This document shows positions 21,595 through 32,059 of a DNA stretch of 64,000 nt, one piece after another. Source of the DNA: Candidatus Thorarchaeota archaeon (GTDB lineage: Archaea; Asgardarchaeota; Thorarchaeia; Thorarchaeales; Thorarchaeaceae); the NCBI GenBank assembly GCA_963726195.1, contig CAVSBO010000003.1:32001-96000 (forward strand). The letters are read 5' to 3'. The notes beneath the pieces are model-generated. The model was not told the origin of the DNA. It worked only from the letters and a program-made list of their open reading frames with translations, and did not search any database. The position numbers and the translations under genes are program-made. Position 1 is the first letter of the stretch, and each line of letters begins with the position of its first letter.

Positions 21595-22358
21595 CTACTT
21601 GATTGCCGAGTAGATCTCTTGCATATGTTGAGTGAATTCACTTTCAGGATGCTTCAGACACACAATGTATCTACTACCTGCCTCAATCAGTATTTGGAGC
21701 ATAGGAATAATAGTGACCACTTTCGTCTTGAACTTCCGCTCAACTTCTTCGATTATGGCCTTGTCTTCGTAGATACTGGGCTTCTTGTTGATTATGATGC
21801 GGGTATCCGGCACCTGCAGCTTGTTGGCAACGCTCAAAGTCGCCGCTGTCCCCAGCAGATCTTGTTCATCGATTCTGGCCACTACGAGTAGAAAGTCCGT
21901 TGTCGCCATCGATAACAGAGTTTCGCGGTCGAGACCCGGATGGGTGTCGATGATTAGGTAGTCCAAGTTCTTTGCTTTGATTACTTCGCTGAACCCGTTC
22001 TTAAGGTCGCTAACTTCGTAACCTTCCCTGAGAATGCGTGTAATATCGGTGGCGCTCATCGAACTTGGAATCAAGAAAGCTGTCCTCGCTTTATTCCGAG
22101 TTCGCTGGTCATATCCATGCATGCATCCTTGATGTCACACTCCCCTCGCAAGTAGTCATTGAGTGTGTGCTTGAGCTTCTGTCTGCCCAGCCCAAAGATT
22201 ACATGGATACCCGGTGATGCTACGTCGGTATCCATTACGGCGACTCTCTTACCATCGAGGGCCACAACTGCAGCGAGATTCGCCGCTATGTTTGATTTTC
22301 CAGTTCCCCCTCTGAAGCTGTGAATACATACTATCTTGCATGCTATATCAGCGCACAT
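21595..22358 (-). CDS. MinD/ParA-family ATPase (frameshift at ~22077)
   Basis: Deviant Walker A SFRGGTGKSN, DTDVASPG, TLNDYL, DYLIIDTHPG, IINK. The halves join as RGQL-FLIPSS. Confidence 0.88.
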
Positions 22359-23646
22359 GCTGCATCACCCTATCCGTTTTATATTCGACATAGTTGCCCA
22401 ACGACTTGAGCACTTCAAGTATACGAGCCGCAGGGATTCCCGTTTTGTCAGCTATTTCCTTCAGCGAATATGCTCCTGTGCAGTAACGCCAGACGGCATC
22501 GACTACGCGATAGTCCTTATTATTCATTCCTGCGATTTCTAGGAAGGCTGCGAAGCGCTGGTCCCTTTCCGACATAACAGGAAACAGCTTTGCGATCCTC
22601 ACTATGCCTTTTGAAATGAGGTGCGCCAACACCTCTGTCGTCACTTCTGTTGTGAAGCCCGTCTTCTCCACTATGTCTGCAATTGTATTCTTCTGATCCA
22701 CCGTATTTAGTACAACTATGGCGCTAGCACGCAAGCTGTCCTGTAATCCGGCTAGAATCCTACGTGGGCTGTCCAGCACCTTGGTCACTGGAAGCAAAGG
22801 CACAACAACGTCATAGTCATAGAAGGCGGTTGACTCTGCCAAGTATGTTGGCAGAACCTTCTTCATCTTTGTTAGCTCGAGTGACATGACAGCTGCAAGG
22901 ACCGGCTCCACTATCCTCAGAAGCTCGCCGTTTGGTCTAGCTGCATCGACGACGAAGATGCAATACACTTCATTGTCTGACCTGGTAACGAAGAAGCACG
23001 TCATCGGATCTAGGCTGGTGTGTACGAGAGTGAGGCTCTTCTCCGCGGCCTTTGGACCTGAGCCTAGACCGTTCAAGAGGTCGAGCAAAGCTTCCATCTC
23101 ATAAGTTCTCAAGTTGGATGCTAGGACAAACCCATCATTCGTGAGTGCTGCTCCTCTCATCACACCTGGACTGTTCTCCGCCTGCGCCATAACGACCTTC
23201 AACTGTCTCAAGTCATCGGCGGGCAGGAGACCTATCTTGTAGCGTCTTGCCAGACCGGGAATCCCATCAAATCTCTGGAGCGTAGCCTCTACAGTATCTG
23301 TGAAACCCTTGAACGCTCGGGGATCGCTAGTCTCACGTTTGAGTTCTGTATAGAAAGTGCTCACAAACTGATCTGCCAGGTCGCGAAGGATTACGCGATA
23401 TATCTCGGCGCTGTCTTCCTGTAGGATTAGCGCTACGAACAATAGGTCGCCCTTGCGCAACCAGACGAACTTGTTAGAAGCAAAGGATACGACCCTGATT
23501 TGTTGCTCACTTACCTGCTCCGCTAGAGAACCCATAGCAGAGAGAAAGGCCGCAACCAATTCGTCTAGCTTCTTTGCGCCGCTGACACTGTAATGAAACA
23601 GAGGGATTCCTGTTTCTCGCAGAATGATAACTTCCTTTACCAACAC
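22348..23646 (-). CDS. Longin + roadblock-like + tandem winged-helix protein (NPRL2/3-like C-terminal part)
   Basis: N-terminal longin (GIPLFHY...LVAAFLSAM), middle SPGVMRGAALTNDGFVLAS (roadblock-like), and two wHTH units (VDQKNTIADIVEKTG...LISKGIV; CTGAYSLKEIADKTG). Confidence 0.75.
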   Translation of the reverse strand: MLVKEVIILRETGIPLFHYSVSGAKKLDELVAAFLSAMGSLAEQVSEQQIRVVSFASNKFVWLRKGDLLFVALILQEDSAEIYRVILRDLADQFVSTFYTELKRETSDPRAFKGFTDTVEATLQRFDGIPGLARRYKIGLLPADDLRQLKVVMAQAENSPGVMRGAALTNDGFVLASNLRTYEMEALLDLLNGLGSGPKAAEKSLTLVHTSLDPMTCFFVTRSDNEVYCIFVVDAARPNGELLRIVEPVLAAVMSLELTKMKKVLPTYLAESTAFYDYDVVVPLLPVTKVLDSPRRILAGLQDSLRASAIVVLNTVDQKNTIADIVEKTGFTTEVTTEVLAHLISKGIVRIAKLFPVMSERDQRFAAFLEIAGMNNKDYRVVDAVWRYCTGAYSLKEIADKTGIPAARILEVLKSLGNYVEYKTDRVMQHVR

Positions 23647-23744
23647 AAAACCCTCAGCGAGCTGAGAACGACTTCTGAGCCGCTCCCACTGCTATTATAC
23701 CTTGTCAGCGCAATATCCGCATACCAAAACGGGCCCAGGTTCAG

Positions 23745-24647
23745 TTAGACGTTCTCGTGGGTTAGCCCAGTGACTTCTACGAGTTTCCAGCTGACAGCAT
23801 TGCCAAGCTTCCCGAGAACATCGTGCAGTTTCTCAGCAGTGACTCCAATCTTTTCGCCTATTTCGACGAGGGATTTCTCGCCATTGCAGAGCGGTCGTGC
23901 TCGATTCAGGACCTGATTGTCCCGCTTGGGGATGCCAACCATGTCGAGGTAGATGTCGAACCGAGTATCGCTTGTCTGGATAACGGGACACATCTTGAAG
24001 ATCTTGACCACGCCCCATATCACCAGATACTCGACAACCTCTGTTACTTGTTCAATCTCAAGGCCGGATGATTGACTAACATCGTGAATGGAGGTTTTTC
24101 CGTCAATTGCCTCTGTTATCTTGCTGCCAGTGCTGCCAAAATCGCGATGCAGCTCATCCAAAAGCCCCATCGACTTCACCGCCACATCGAACGCTTCTTG
24201 GTTTATCATTGGGACAACAAATGAGCTAAGACTCGATGCTACCGCAAGCACTCCTTCATAGAACGCGAAGGACCTCTTGACCTCATCAGCGAAGCCCTTG
24301 AAGGAATCCTCGAAGAGAACGTCGGCCTTAATCTCCTCTCGGTATCTGGTGAGGAACTTGTGGCTGAGGTCTCTGAGCACAGCCCTCAGGACGCGCTTCT
24401 GTGCACCTGACCCGACCAGAAATATGAACAGGACCTCTTCCTCGGTCTCATAGAGGATTTCCGAGCCTTCAAACGACAAACTCTGTATTGAACGCTCTCC
24501 AAACTCAGCCGCGAAGCTGGAGATAGCACTAAGGAATCCAGACAGCAGAGTGTCGAGCTTCCTGGTCTCATCGGGTGAATAATGAAAGAGAGGAATTCCT
24601 CCTGCCGTGAGAACCATGAACTCGTGCACTTTGAGCGGTCCGGTCAT
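23745..24647 (-). CDS. Longin + tandem winged-helix protein (paralog of 22348..23646 lacking the roadblock-like insert)
   Basis: GGIPLFHY...LLSGFLSAISSF longin; IDGKTSIHDVSQSSG...YLVIWGVV; CNGEKSLVEIGEKIG. Confidence 0.78.
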   Translation of the reverse strand: MTGPLKVHEFMVLTAGGIPLFHYSPDETRKLDTLLSGFLSAISSFAAEFGERSIQSLSFEGSEILYETEEEVLFIFLVGSGAQKRVLRAVLRDLSHKFLTRYREEIKADVLFEDSFKGFADEVKRSFAFYEGVLAVASSLSSFVVPMINQEAFDVAVKSMGLLDELHRDFGSTGSKITEAIDGKTSIHDVSQSSGLEIEQVTEVVEYLVIWGVVKIFKMCPVIQTSDTRFDIYLDMVGIPKRDNQVLNRARPLCNGEKSLVEIGEKIGVTAEKLHDVLGKLGNAVSWKLVEVTGLTHENV

Positions 24648-24799
24648 TACCTATACTGCCCTCTTTGGGCTCGTTTTCGTTATGATTTAAGCGTTGTAGT
24701 GTTTGCGCATTCATCGAGTCGTAGAAGAGTACCTGCCAATCCGACAGATGTGTCTGTTCGCGAAACGTACATATTGCACTCGTTGTGCAGACTGAGTGA

Positions 24800-26410
24800 T
24801 TGGGTATGCTTGAGTACAGGGAGTTCCCCCTAAAGAAAGCCACATATTTCGTGTTCGTTTCCCCGGCAATGGCTTACTACATTTACACGATCATCCGACT
24901 GAGTAACCAGGTTCTTTTTCCGACGTTTGGTCGGCAGAATCTGCAGTTCCTAGGAATAGGTCTTGTTGCAGCCGTCGTGACGTTGCTCATTGCTGGATTC
25001 GTTCTTGATCGCATTGAGAGAGGATATGTCATGACAACGGTCGGCGCGATTGTCCCTCTCTTCATAGGTATTGTCGTCGCGCAGATTGGATCTCCGAGCG
25101 CGTTTTCTCCCGGTCTTGAAATGCTATTCACAGTGTCCGTCTTTTCTGGTCTCGCACTCGCATTGCTTAGCTGGATAGTCCAACTCAGCAAGGCGATCGT
25201 GGCCAAGTATCGAGGGAGGGTCGTCGCGGCTTTTATGGCATTATCCTTGATTTTGTTCGCTATCTACTCAGCCCTTCAGTCAAATGGCATAGAACTGTAT
25301 ACCTCCGGAGTTCCAATAATGGAAATCATAGCGATTGTCGCCATATTAGCGCGTCTTGCGTTCAAACCCTGGAAAATGGAATACAAGCGGCTTGCAGTTC
25401 AGGAAAAAGCATTCTCGTATTTCGTTCCGGTCATGATTCTCATGGCTGGTCATATGCTATGGTACTTCGGCACGCAGTTAGGTATAATCAAAGTGCTTCA
25501 AGATGCCGGGTACACGACTTACCAGTCTTTGGGTCAGTATTCAGGTCTCGCACTCTATGAGCCAGTCTTGATGGTTGTAGGTATTATCGTGTCAGGTGCT
25601 ATTGCTGACAGCAGAGGAAGAAAGAGCGCTTTCACGATGGGGGTGCTTCTGTTCGGTCTGCTAACGATACTCAGTCCGATTGCTGTAGAAGCGGTCCAAC
25701 TTTACGCGGCTTCTCTCTTGGTTTCCGAACGGTTCATTGAGGGATTCTTGCTCGGACTTCTTCTATTGCTCATTTGGCCCGAAATCGGCTCGCCGAGGAC
25801 CAAGAGCCGAAGGACTGCTGCCGTTTGGGTTTTCTTTGCAGGGTACGTAGCCCTCTTCTGGGCCGTGTCATTTCAGGTATCATTTGTTGTCAATTGGCAT
25901 GCTCCTGTCGAACTGCGAGTGTTGGGCACGCAGATAGCGATTCTTCTAGCAATGGTTGCTCTCTACAGGTCGGCGCCCATTCCTGAGGTTCTTGGAAACG
26001 AAGTGGAGATGGAAGAGCTGAGCCTCGATTTCGACGAACGTCTTGTGAAACAGACAGTCGAGCAGTATGTCGAGTCGGGCGAATTCGAGTCGATTCGAAG
26101 CCAGATCGATATCGCCGGCATGCAAGAGCTCAGCGATAAGGACATGCACGAGATAATTGGTCCGGACTTCGAAAAAGTTCTCCCGTTGCGCAAGATTCCG
26201 GGCATTGGCGCGAGGATGGAAGAAAGACTTCGAGAAGCCGGTTATGAGTCAGCGGCTCAGCTCGCTGGGGAGACTCCTCAAAGATTGTCATCAAAGGTGA
26301 AGGGGCTCAGTGAGGCGCAGGCCGACAAGATTCTCGGAAGTGTTCGTGAAGCGGTTAGGGATGCCATGAAGTCAAAGCCTGACAAAGACGACGAGAAGAA
26401 AAGACCCTGA
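24800..26410 (+). CDS. MFS-like membrane protein with a C-terminal helix-hairpin-helix domain
   Basis: About 12 TM helices, motif-A-like GAIADSRGRK, acidic linker, and LRKIPGIGARMEERLREAGY...VKGLSEAQADKI. Confidence 0.75.
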   Translation: MGMLEYREFPLKKATYFVFVSPAMAYYIYTIIRLSNQVLFPTFGRQNLQFLGIGLVAAVVTLLIAGFVLDRIERGYVMTTVGAIVPLFIGIVVAQIGSPSAFSPGLEMLFTVSVFSGLALALLSWIVQLSKAIVAKYRGRVVAAFMALSLILFAIYSALQSNGIELYTSGVPIMEIIAIVAILARLAFKPWKMEYKRLAVQEKAFSYFVPVMILMAGHMLWYFGTQLGIIKVLQDAGYTTYQSLGQYSGLALYEPVLMVVGIIVSGAIADSRGRKSAFTMGVLLFGLLTILSPIAVEAVQLYAASLLVSERFIEGFLLGLLLLLIWPEIGSPRTKSRRTAAVWVFFAGYVALFWAVSFQVSFVVNWHAPVELRVLGTQIAILLAMVALYRSAPIPEVLGNEVEMEELSLDFDERLVKQTVEQYVESGEFESIRSQIDIAGMQELSDKDMHEIIGPDFEKVLPLRKIPGIGARMEERLREAGYESAAQLAGETPQRLSSKVKGLSEAQADKILGSVREAVRDAMKSKPDKDDEKKRP

Positions 26411-26421
26411 GTGACTATCGG

Positions 26422-27354
26422 TCAGCTTCTCGCTCCCTCGGTCCCAGCAGAATAGTATGCCAATCCGGTTCCTCCGAGAAGGTCCGTGTTGTTCATCTGC
26501 TTGCCGCAATTAGCACAGGACAGCACTATCTTTGGTTCCTTTGTTGCCTCTCCGCAGCCTTTGCAGAGCAGTTCTACATCAATGATACTTAGTTCCGAAA
26601 CCTTTGCTGGTTGCTTGCATCGCTGGCAATGAACCTCTGTCAGGTCGTCGACAATCACGGTTTGAGTCTTATTGCCGCACTTTGGGCAATACACCAGATA
26701 GACCTTGTAGATATCACTACTTCCGCACGAAGGACAAGTGAGGTGCAGAGTTACCTCCGTGCCGCCACACTGTTTGCATTCGACCTTTCGTCCATAGGTC
26801 TTGGGAACCAAGCGCCCTGCGCGTTCGAGATCCTTAAGGAGTCTCCAGACCTCCTCCTCATCGGCTCCCAAGTACTCAGAAGCCTGAGGGTACCTCGCTG
26901 TCGCCTTAAGGATGTGCTTGGGAATGAGTGCGGGCACCCTACCCGATTCCATGTCTTCAACAAGCCTCGTCACATGCGGGTTAGAGAGCAGTTCGTCACC
27001 CGAAGTCTCTGCGATTAGTTCCTGCAATAGCAGGAAAGCCCGGGTTATCTCTGTGTCCCAAGTGCTGCTGTTGAAGTTAATCCGGCCTACGAGTCTTAGT
27101 AGGTTTCTCTCAACGACTGAGGGTTCATCGCTGTCATCAAGCAACACTGCAATGCAGTTGGGCGTATCAAGGTATGATACCATCAGTCCCTTCGCCAGCT
27201 TTGTGTAACCCACTTTTGCCTCTTGGTTTATACCATGGCCCATGAAAATGACTATGGCATCTTCGGTCGTGAGAGGATTGTTCTCAGGGTATGATCTGCC
27301 TAAGAGGGGACCAAGAGTTTGGTCCCACCAAATGGCATAGATGGCCTTAGGCAT
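26422..27354 (-). CDS. uDENN/longin-like domain fused to a TackOD1-like wHTH/multi-zinc-ribbon domain
   Basis: N-terminal AIWWDQTLGPLLGRSYP. C-terminal YP...LLKDLERAGRL followed by six CxxC pairs. Confidence 0.7.
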   Translation of the reverse strand: MPKAIYAIWWDQTLGPLLGRSYPENNPLTTEDAIVIFMGHGINQEAKVGYTKLAKGLMVSYLDTPNCIAVLLDDSDEPSVVERNLLRLVGRINFNSSTWDTEITRAFLLLQELIAETSGDELLSNPHVTRLVEDMESGRVPALIPKHILKATARYPQASEYLGADEEEVWRLLKDLERAGRLVPKTYGRKVECKQCGGTEVTLHLTCPSCGSSDIYKVYLVYCPKCGNKTQTVIVDDLTEVHCQRCKQPAKVSELSIIDVELLCKGCGEATKEPKIVLSCANCGKQMNNTDLLGGTGLAYYSAGTEGARS

Positions 27355-27469
27355 CGGTCCGTCTCCTCAACAAGCATTAGTCTGAAAGGTCCCGGTTTTG
27401 CTCAGAGCGCGAGGTCTTAATAGCGTTCACCTTACGGACATTTCTTCGAGACCGAGGGCAACGCCACCG

Positions 27470-27482
27470 AAGAGTATAAAAC
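27470..27482 (+). promoter_or_regulatory. Putative BRE/TATA box for the surface-protein gene
   Basis: Purine-rich AAGAG followed by TATAAAA, about 60 nt upstream of the ATG at 27542. Confidence 0.35.
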
Positions 27483-27541
27483 GGGCCCCCAGTTCAAACG
27501 GCCGCTCACCGCAAACAAGACCAATGGCAGATGGTGCATGA

Positions 27542-29284
27542 ATGCTTTCGCAGCGTCAGGGTAGATTCATCGTTGCTACAATAGTGCTCTGGCTGGTCCT
27601 ATCGCCTTACGTTGCGTGGTCCTCTGGCCTTGTGACGAACAACCCTCGTCCAGAGCACCGGTTCATGACTGCGGCTCCTACCATAGACAGTCCTCCTGAC
27701 CAGACCTATGAGAATGGCACAATCAACAAGAAAATCGTGTGGACCCCCTTAGATCCCTCACCGAAGAACGAAACCGTAACTAGGAATGGTACGGTGTATC
27801 AGTCTGGACCTTGGTCAAATGGGTCCATTGTGGTTCTACTAGACCATCTCTACTCTCAGAAGCTTGTCACAACCCTCCCGATCACATTCTCGTTCGTATG
27901 CAAGGTTTTCAACGTGAAGAACGAGTCTGTGTCCGACGAGGCCCTCGTAACGTTGATTCCGGATACAACACCGCCTATCATATCGGCTCCAGCCAACTTC
28001 AGCTACGAAGTCGGCAGCTTCGGACACAAGATTACTTGGAACATTACTGAGGCGAACCCCAGTTTCTACAACGTAACTAGATTGTCAAACGAGACCACCA
28101 GCAACCATACTGTGTTGCAGTCAGGACACTGGGATGGCAGAAACATCACAATCGGCGTCGATGGACTCAATGCAACCCATTGGTACATCTACAGTCTTTT
28201 CGTAAATGACACCCTCAAACACAATGCTACTAGCGCCGTGAACGTGACTGTATACTTAGACGTGACTTCGCCGACTGTCACCCATCCGGGTAATCTGGCT
28301 TATGAGTTTGGCTCAAAAGGGCACAAGATCACCTGGCATGTCTATGACAGCAATCCCAAGAACTACACGGTCAAGATAATCACAATCTATACCAACTCAA
28401 CCTACGGCAATGTATCCGCTTTTCACTGGCTTGCTAACATCAGCATGGTGCCGTGGACCTTCACCGACCCCAAGGGCAATAATGTATCGATAGACGTGGA
28501 CTCGGTCTTCTTGGGGAACTACAGCTTCAGGATACTGCTCTTCGATAAGTATGGACATAATAACAGTGACTCGCTCAATCTCACGATCTACAAGGACCTT
28601 CGGGCTCCCGTTGTGACTGCAAATACGCATCTCACATACGAGGAAGGCTACAAAGGCAACTATCTCAACTGGAGCGCAGATGAGAGCAACCCACGCTTGT
28701 ACAACCTTACCCGCGACGGGGTCGTGCTGATGAACGGCACATGGAGGGGTGAGAACCTGAGCGTCAACGTAGATCGCCTCTCAGTAGGTATTCATATTTA
28801 CAACATGACTCTCACTGATTTCTTCTACCAGAGAACAGTAACACTCACGACCGTGAATGTGACCCCTGACGCGCATGTTCCGACCATCAGCGATATCGTG
28901 GTTATCCAGTCGTTCACTACGTCCTATGCGGACAACCTGACAGTGCAGGCCTATTGTTGGGATATCAATAACATCAGCAGTATAAGAGTCGAATGGGGGA
29001 TAGACACCAACCACACCTCGAATGTCACAATGCACTCTCAGGGAAGAAGTCTGTACTCAGCTTCACTAGGCGAGTATTCTGTAGGGTCTGTTGTGCTGTA
29101 CCGGATCATAGCAGTCGACAATTCGTCTGTGAAGAACGTTCACACTACTCAGTACATGAGTGTCACTGTCACGTCCATGATACGGGAGCAAAGCCCTGCT
29201 CTGCTTTGGGGCTCACTCCTGGCCTTGGGCATGCTATCATCTTTCATCATCGCGATCCTGTACTTCAGGACAAAGCCAAGATAG
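27542..29284 (+). CDS. Cell-surface glycoprotein with about 5 Ig-like repeats, a signal peptide and a C-terminal TM anchor
   Basis: Repeats of the form D.T.P.I..P....YE.G..G..I.W...E.NP..YN.T, very dense NxS/T sequons, terminal TM plus basic tail. Confidence 0.85.
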   Translation: MLSQRQGRFIVATIVLWLVLSPYVAWSSGLVTNNPRPEHRFMTAAPTIDSPPDQTYENGTINKKIVWTPLDPSPKNETVTRNGTVYQSGPWSNGSIVVLLDHLYSQKLVTTLPITFSFVCKVFNVKNESVSDEALVTLIPDTTPPIISAPANFSYEVGSFGHKITWNITEANPSFYNVTRLSNETTSNHTVLQSGHWDGRNITIGVDGLNATHWYIYSLFVNDTLKHNATSAVNVTVYLDVTSPTVTHPGNLAYEFGSKGHKITWHVYDSNPKNYTVKIITIYTNSTYGNVSAFHWLANISMVPWTFTDPKGNNVSIDVDSVFLGNYSFRILLFDKYGHNNSDSLNLTIYKDLRAPVVTANTHLTYEEGYKGNYLNWSADESNPRLYNLTRDGVVLMNGTWRGENLSVNVDRLSVGIHIYNMTLTDFFYQRTVTLTTVNVTPDAHVPTISDIVVIQSFTTSYADNLTVQAYCWDINNISSIRVEWGIDTNHTSNVTMHSQGRSLYSASLGEYSVGSVVLYRIIAVDNSSVKNVHTTQYMSVTVTSMIREQSPALLWGSLLALGMLSSFIIAILYFRTKPR

Positions 29285-29286
29285 AA

Positions 29287-29804
29287 TCACTGCTGTCCTA
29301 GCATTGAGAGAATGTCCCGGTGCATTAGCTCCCTGTTTGAGACCGTGAGCTCCAGTAACCTAACATCGGGACGCTCTTTCACTTCTTGGACAAAGCTACC
29401 TCCCTTTTGCTGAAGTGTGCCAAGGACTCTTCGCATCTCAAGGCATCTCCTGACCTCAGGAGCGAAGTTCGGCGAGGTCAGTTCCATGCTAGCAATCTCA
29501 TCTATGACTATTGACTTGCCGCTCTCTCTCGCGTGTCTGAGAACCGGCACTATGATGCGTTCAATGTCAGGCACGTTGACAACGTACCGGCCTATCCGTG
29601 GCCCTGACTTGGAGTTGAGTCAGCAAGCACGCCTTGTTGACCGTCTGTTGTACTGATACTGAATCCTGTCCTTTCAGTTCCACGCCGAATCTCGCTGGTC
29701 CAGAATCCTTCGGCGCGCGACTCTCCAAGTACATCGATTACCTTTCTGATTACAGTACTCTTTCCAATGCCCGGTCGTCCCGTCAAGAGTATGTTCTGCT
29801 GCAT
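29287..29804 (-). CDS. Nucleoside-triphosphatase, THEP1/NTPase_1 family (frameshift at ~29619)
   Basis: NILLTGRPGIGKST, GFWTSEIRRG..RTGF, IGRYVVN, IVIDEIASME. Confidence 0.88.
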
Positions 29805-29933
29805 CGCCTACACGTCTGGAGGGGAGCCTTATGAATGAAGCTCACATCTCGGTTGAGAACAACAGGCTCTGCTCACGAACTATCAATCGCCCTTGGAGTG
29901 AAGCACTCTGTATGGGACCTTGGCCCAGAGTGG

Positions 29934-31014
29934 TCACTCTTCAGCTGCTTGGCCGGGCCTGAGTGAGTAATAGCGCATCGCCTTGGAGCGCGCGGATTTC
30001 TCGATTGCCTCAAGGGACTTAGCTTCTATCCGTTCGCCTTCGATTACACCTTTGGTCATGGCATCTTGAAGGACTTTCTCGCCTCGCTCCGTCCTGGCAA
30101 GCACGGTTGTCCAGCCAGCTTCGGAGCCCACATTGCCGCAGGATATGTCTGCGTTCTTGCATGTGAAGTCACGGCAATACGAGCAAGACTTGGCGGCGAC
30201 ACTACCGAGTTCTTTCACAGGCCACTCCTGTTTTCCAGTGGATGTCGTAGCATTGAACACGCCGGACGAAATCGTCATTCGCCGGATACTCTTCATGTCC
30301 AGACCCGCGGTCTGGAGGAAGCTCAGCTAATCCTTGGTACCCAAACGACTCAGTACAGAACAACCCTATCTTGAACACAGTTGCGCCTGCAAAGAATCCC
30401 GCGGGCTGGGTTTCCATCTTTTGTATCGAATCGATATGGCAAGATGTTCCCACGACGGCCAGATTGTGAACGCCGCTTCTGAGGGCTTTCATCATCTCGG
30501 GTACGATGGGTGAATGAGTGTAGATGGTGCCTGCGGAGGCTAACACTTCCTGCCGCTTTCTCGCAAAGAATGGAGTGGGCATCCATGGCTTGCTGGGATC
30601 TTGCCTTGTGACAATCGCGCCCTCTATCATTCGCTTGTCAAGCATGTGTGCCAGAACAGCCGTCGCTGCTCCTCCGTCTTGTCGTGCTTGATTCTCCAAT
30701 TTCGACTTGATTCTCCAAGCGCTCTTGAAATCGCCAATCAAGTCTCGCTGAAGAACGACCGTACGAGGGCATATCGTGTAACACACGCCGCAACTTGTGC
30801 ATTCGCCTGTGAGTGTGGGAACATACTTCCCAGAAGAGCAGTCGCCGGTCAATGCACTGACGGGGCAGAAGGAAACACAGCTGCCGCACTCAGTGCACAC
30901 CTCAGTCTTAACAATCTCCTTCTCGAGTTTCTTGAATGCATATCTCTTGGTGTTCTGTTTCAACCATGCCTGAACCTTGAGAAGGTTCTCGTCCATGAAG
31001 TCAGTCAAGTTCAT
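29934..31014 (-). CDS. Coenzyme F420 hydrogenase/dehydrogenase beta-subunit-like protein with an N-terminal 2[4Fe-4S] domain (frameshift at ~30324)
   Basis: CTECGSCVSFCP, CTSCGVCYTICP, QDGGAATA, VGTSCH, IGLFCTESF, CSYCRDF..ADISCGNVG. Confidence 0.88.
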
Positions 31015-31214
31015 GCACCGTCTTTCGTTTGAATGTGATTGGCAATTGCGAAGCTGACAGGCATATAGCACTGACGCTAACGGACACAAAGGTATAAAGA
31101 GCAAAGCGAAGGACAGCGCGATTCGTTCCAGCGCCAAGTCCTGGGTGAATCTGGGAGGAGGCCGGATTCAATTCTGGGCCGTCCGTGTGCGTTTGGATGC
31201 ATAAGGTGTCGAGG

Positions 31215-31935
31215 ATGAAGCTTATCAAAAGAGAAGATTGAATCTCTGATACAAGAGAGTGCCGGGCACACGTGCGACCCCATTCAATGCTGCGTCCAAC
31301 TCGTTGCAGTCGCTGACTTGCCGAGTCAGTTTGGTCAGTTCCAGATATGCGGCTTTGTGAGTCCCTGTGATGACAAGGAACATACGGCCCTTATCAAAGG
31401 TGATGTAGTTGACAAGGAGGGAGTAGTCGTCCGTTTGCATTCGGAATGCTTGACAGGAGACGTAATGGGCAGCAAGCGTTGTGACTGCAGAGACCAGTTG
31501 CTCGAGTCACTCAAGTATATCGAAAAGACCGGCGAGGGCGTGCTAGTCTACCTGCGCCAAGAGGGTCGGAACATCGGTCTCACGGAGAAAATCAAAGCGT
31601 ATTCGTTGCAGGACGAGGGCGTTGATACCTTCGACGCAAACGTGATTCTGGGTCATCAACCTGACGAACGCGACTATGGTGTCGCCGCACACATGCTGAA
31701 ATCACTTAGAGTCAAGTCAATACGACTTCTCACTAATAACCCTGAGAAGATCGCCCAACTCAAAGCGCATGGCGTGAAAGTCCTTGAAAGAATCCCGTTG
31801 ATAACAAAGCAAACAACCTACAACGAGTTCTATATCCAGACCAAGCAGAAGCGTGCAGGTCATCTGTTCGGGGCGGATGCACAGGTGACTTCCATCAAAG
31901 AGATAGAACGCATGTCGGGCAAGAGGAAGGACTGA
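31215..31935 (+). CDS. ribA: GTP cyclohydrolase II (frameshift just after the start, ~31224)
   Basis: VRLHSECLTGD..GSKRCDC, YLRQEGRNIGL, LLTNNPEK. The upstream frame continues SKEKIESLIQE...VAVADLPS and connects to ATG 31215 after removing one base. Confidence 0.92.
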
Positions 31936-32059
31936 GGACTCGGTTCGTCTTCGCAAATCCCTCAGTGCAAGGGTGTGTTCTAAGCCATTGGCGAATCCAC
32001 TGACTTCCTGCTACCTGTCAGGCGAGGTTCGCGAGAGTGGGGATGTCTAGTTCGGATGT

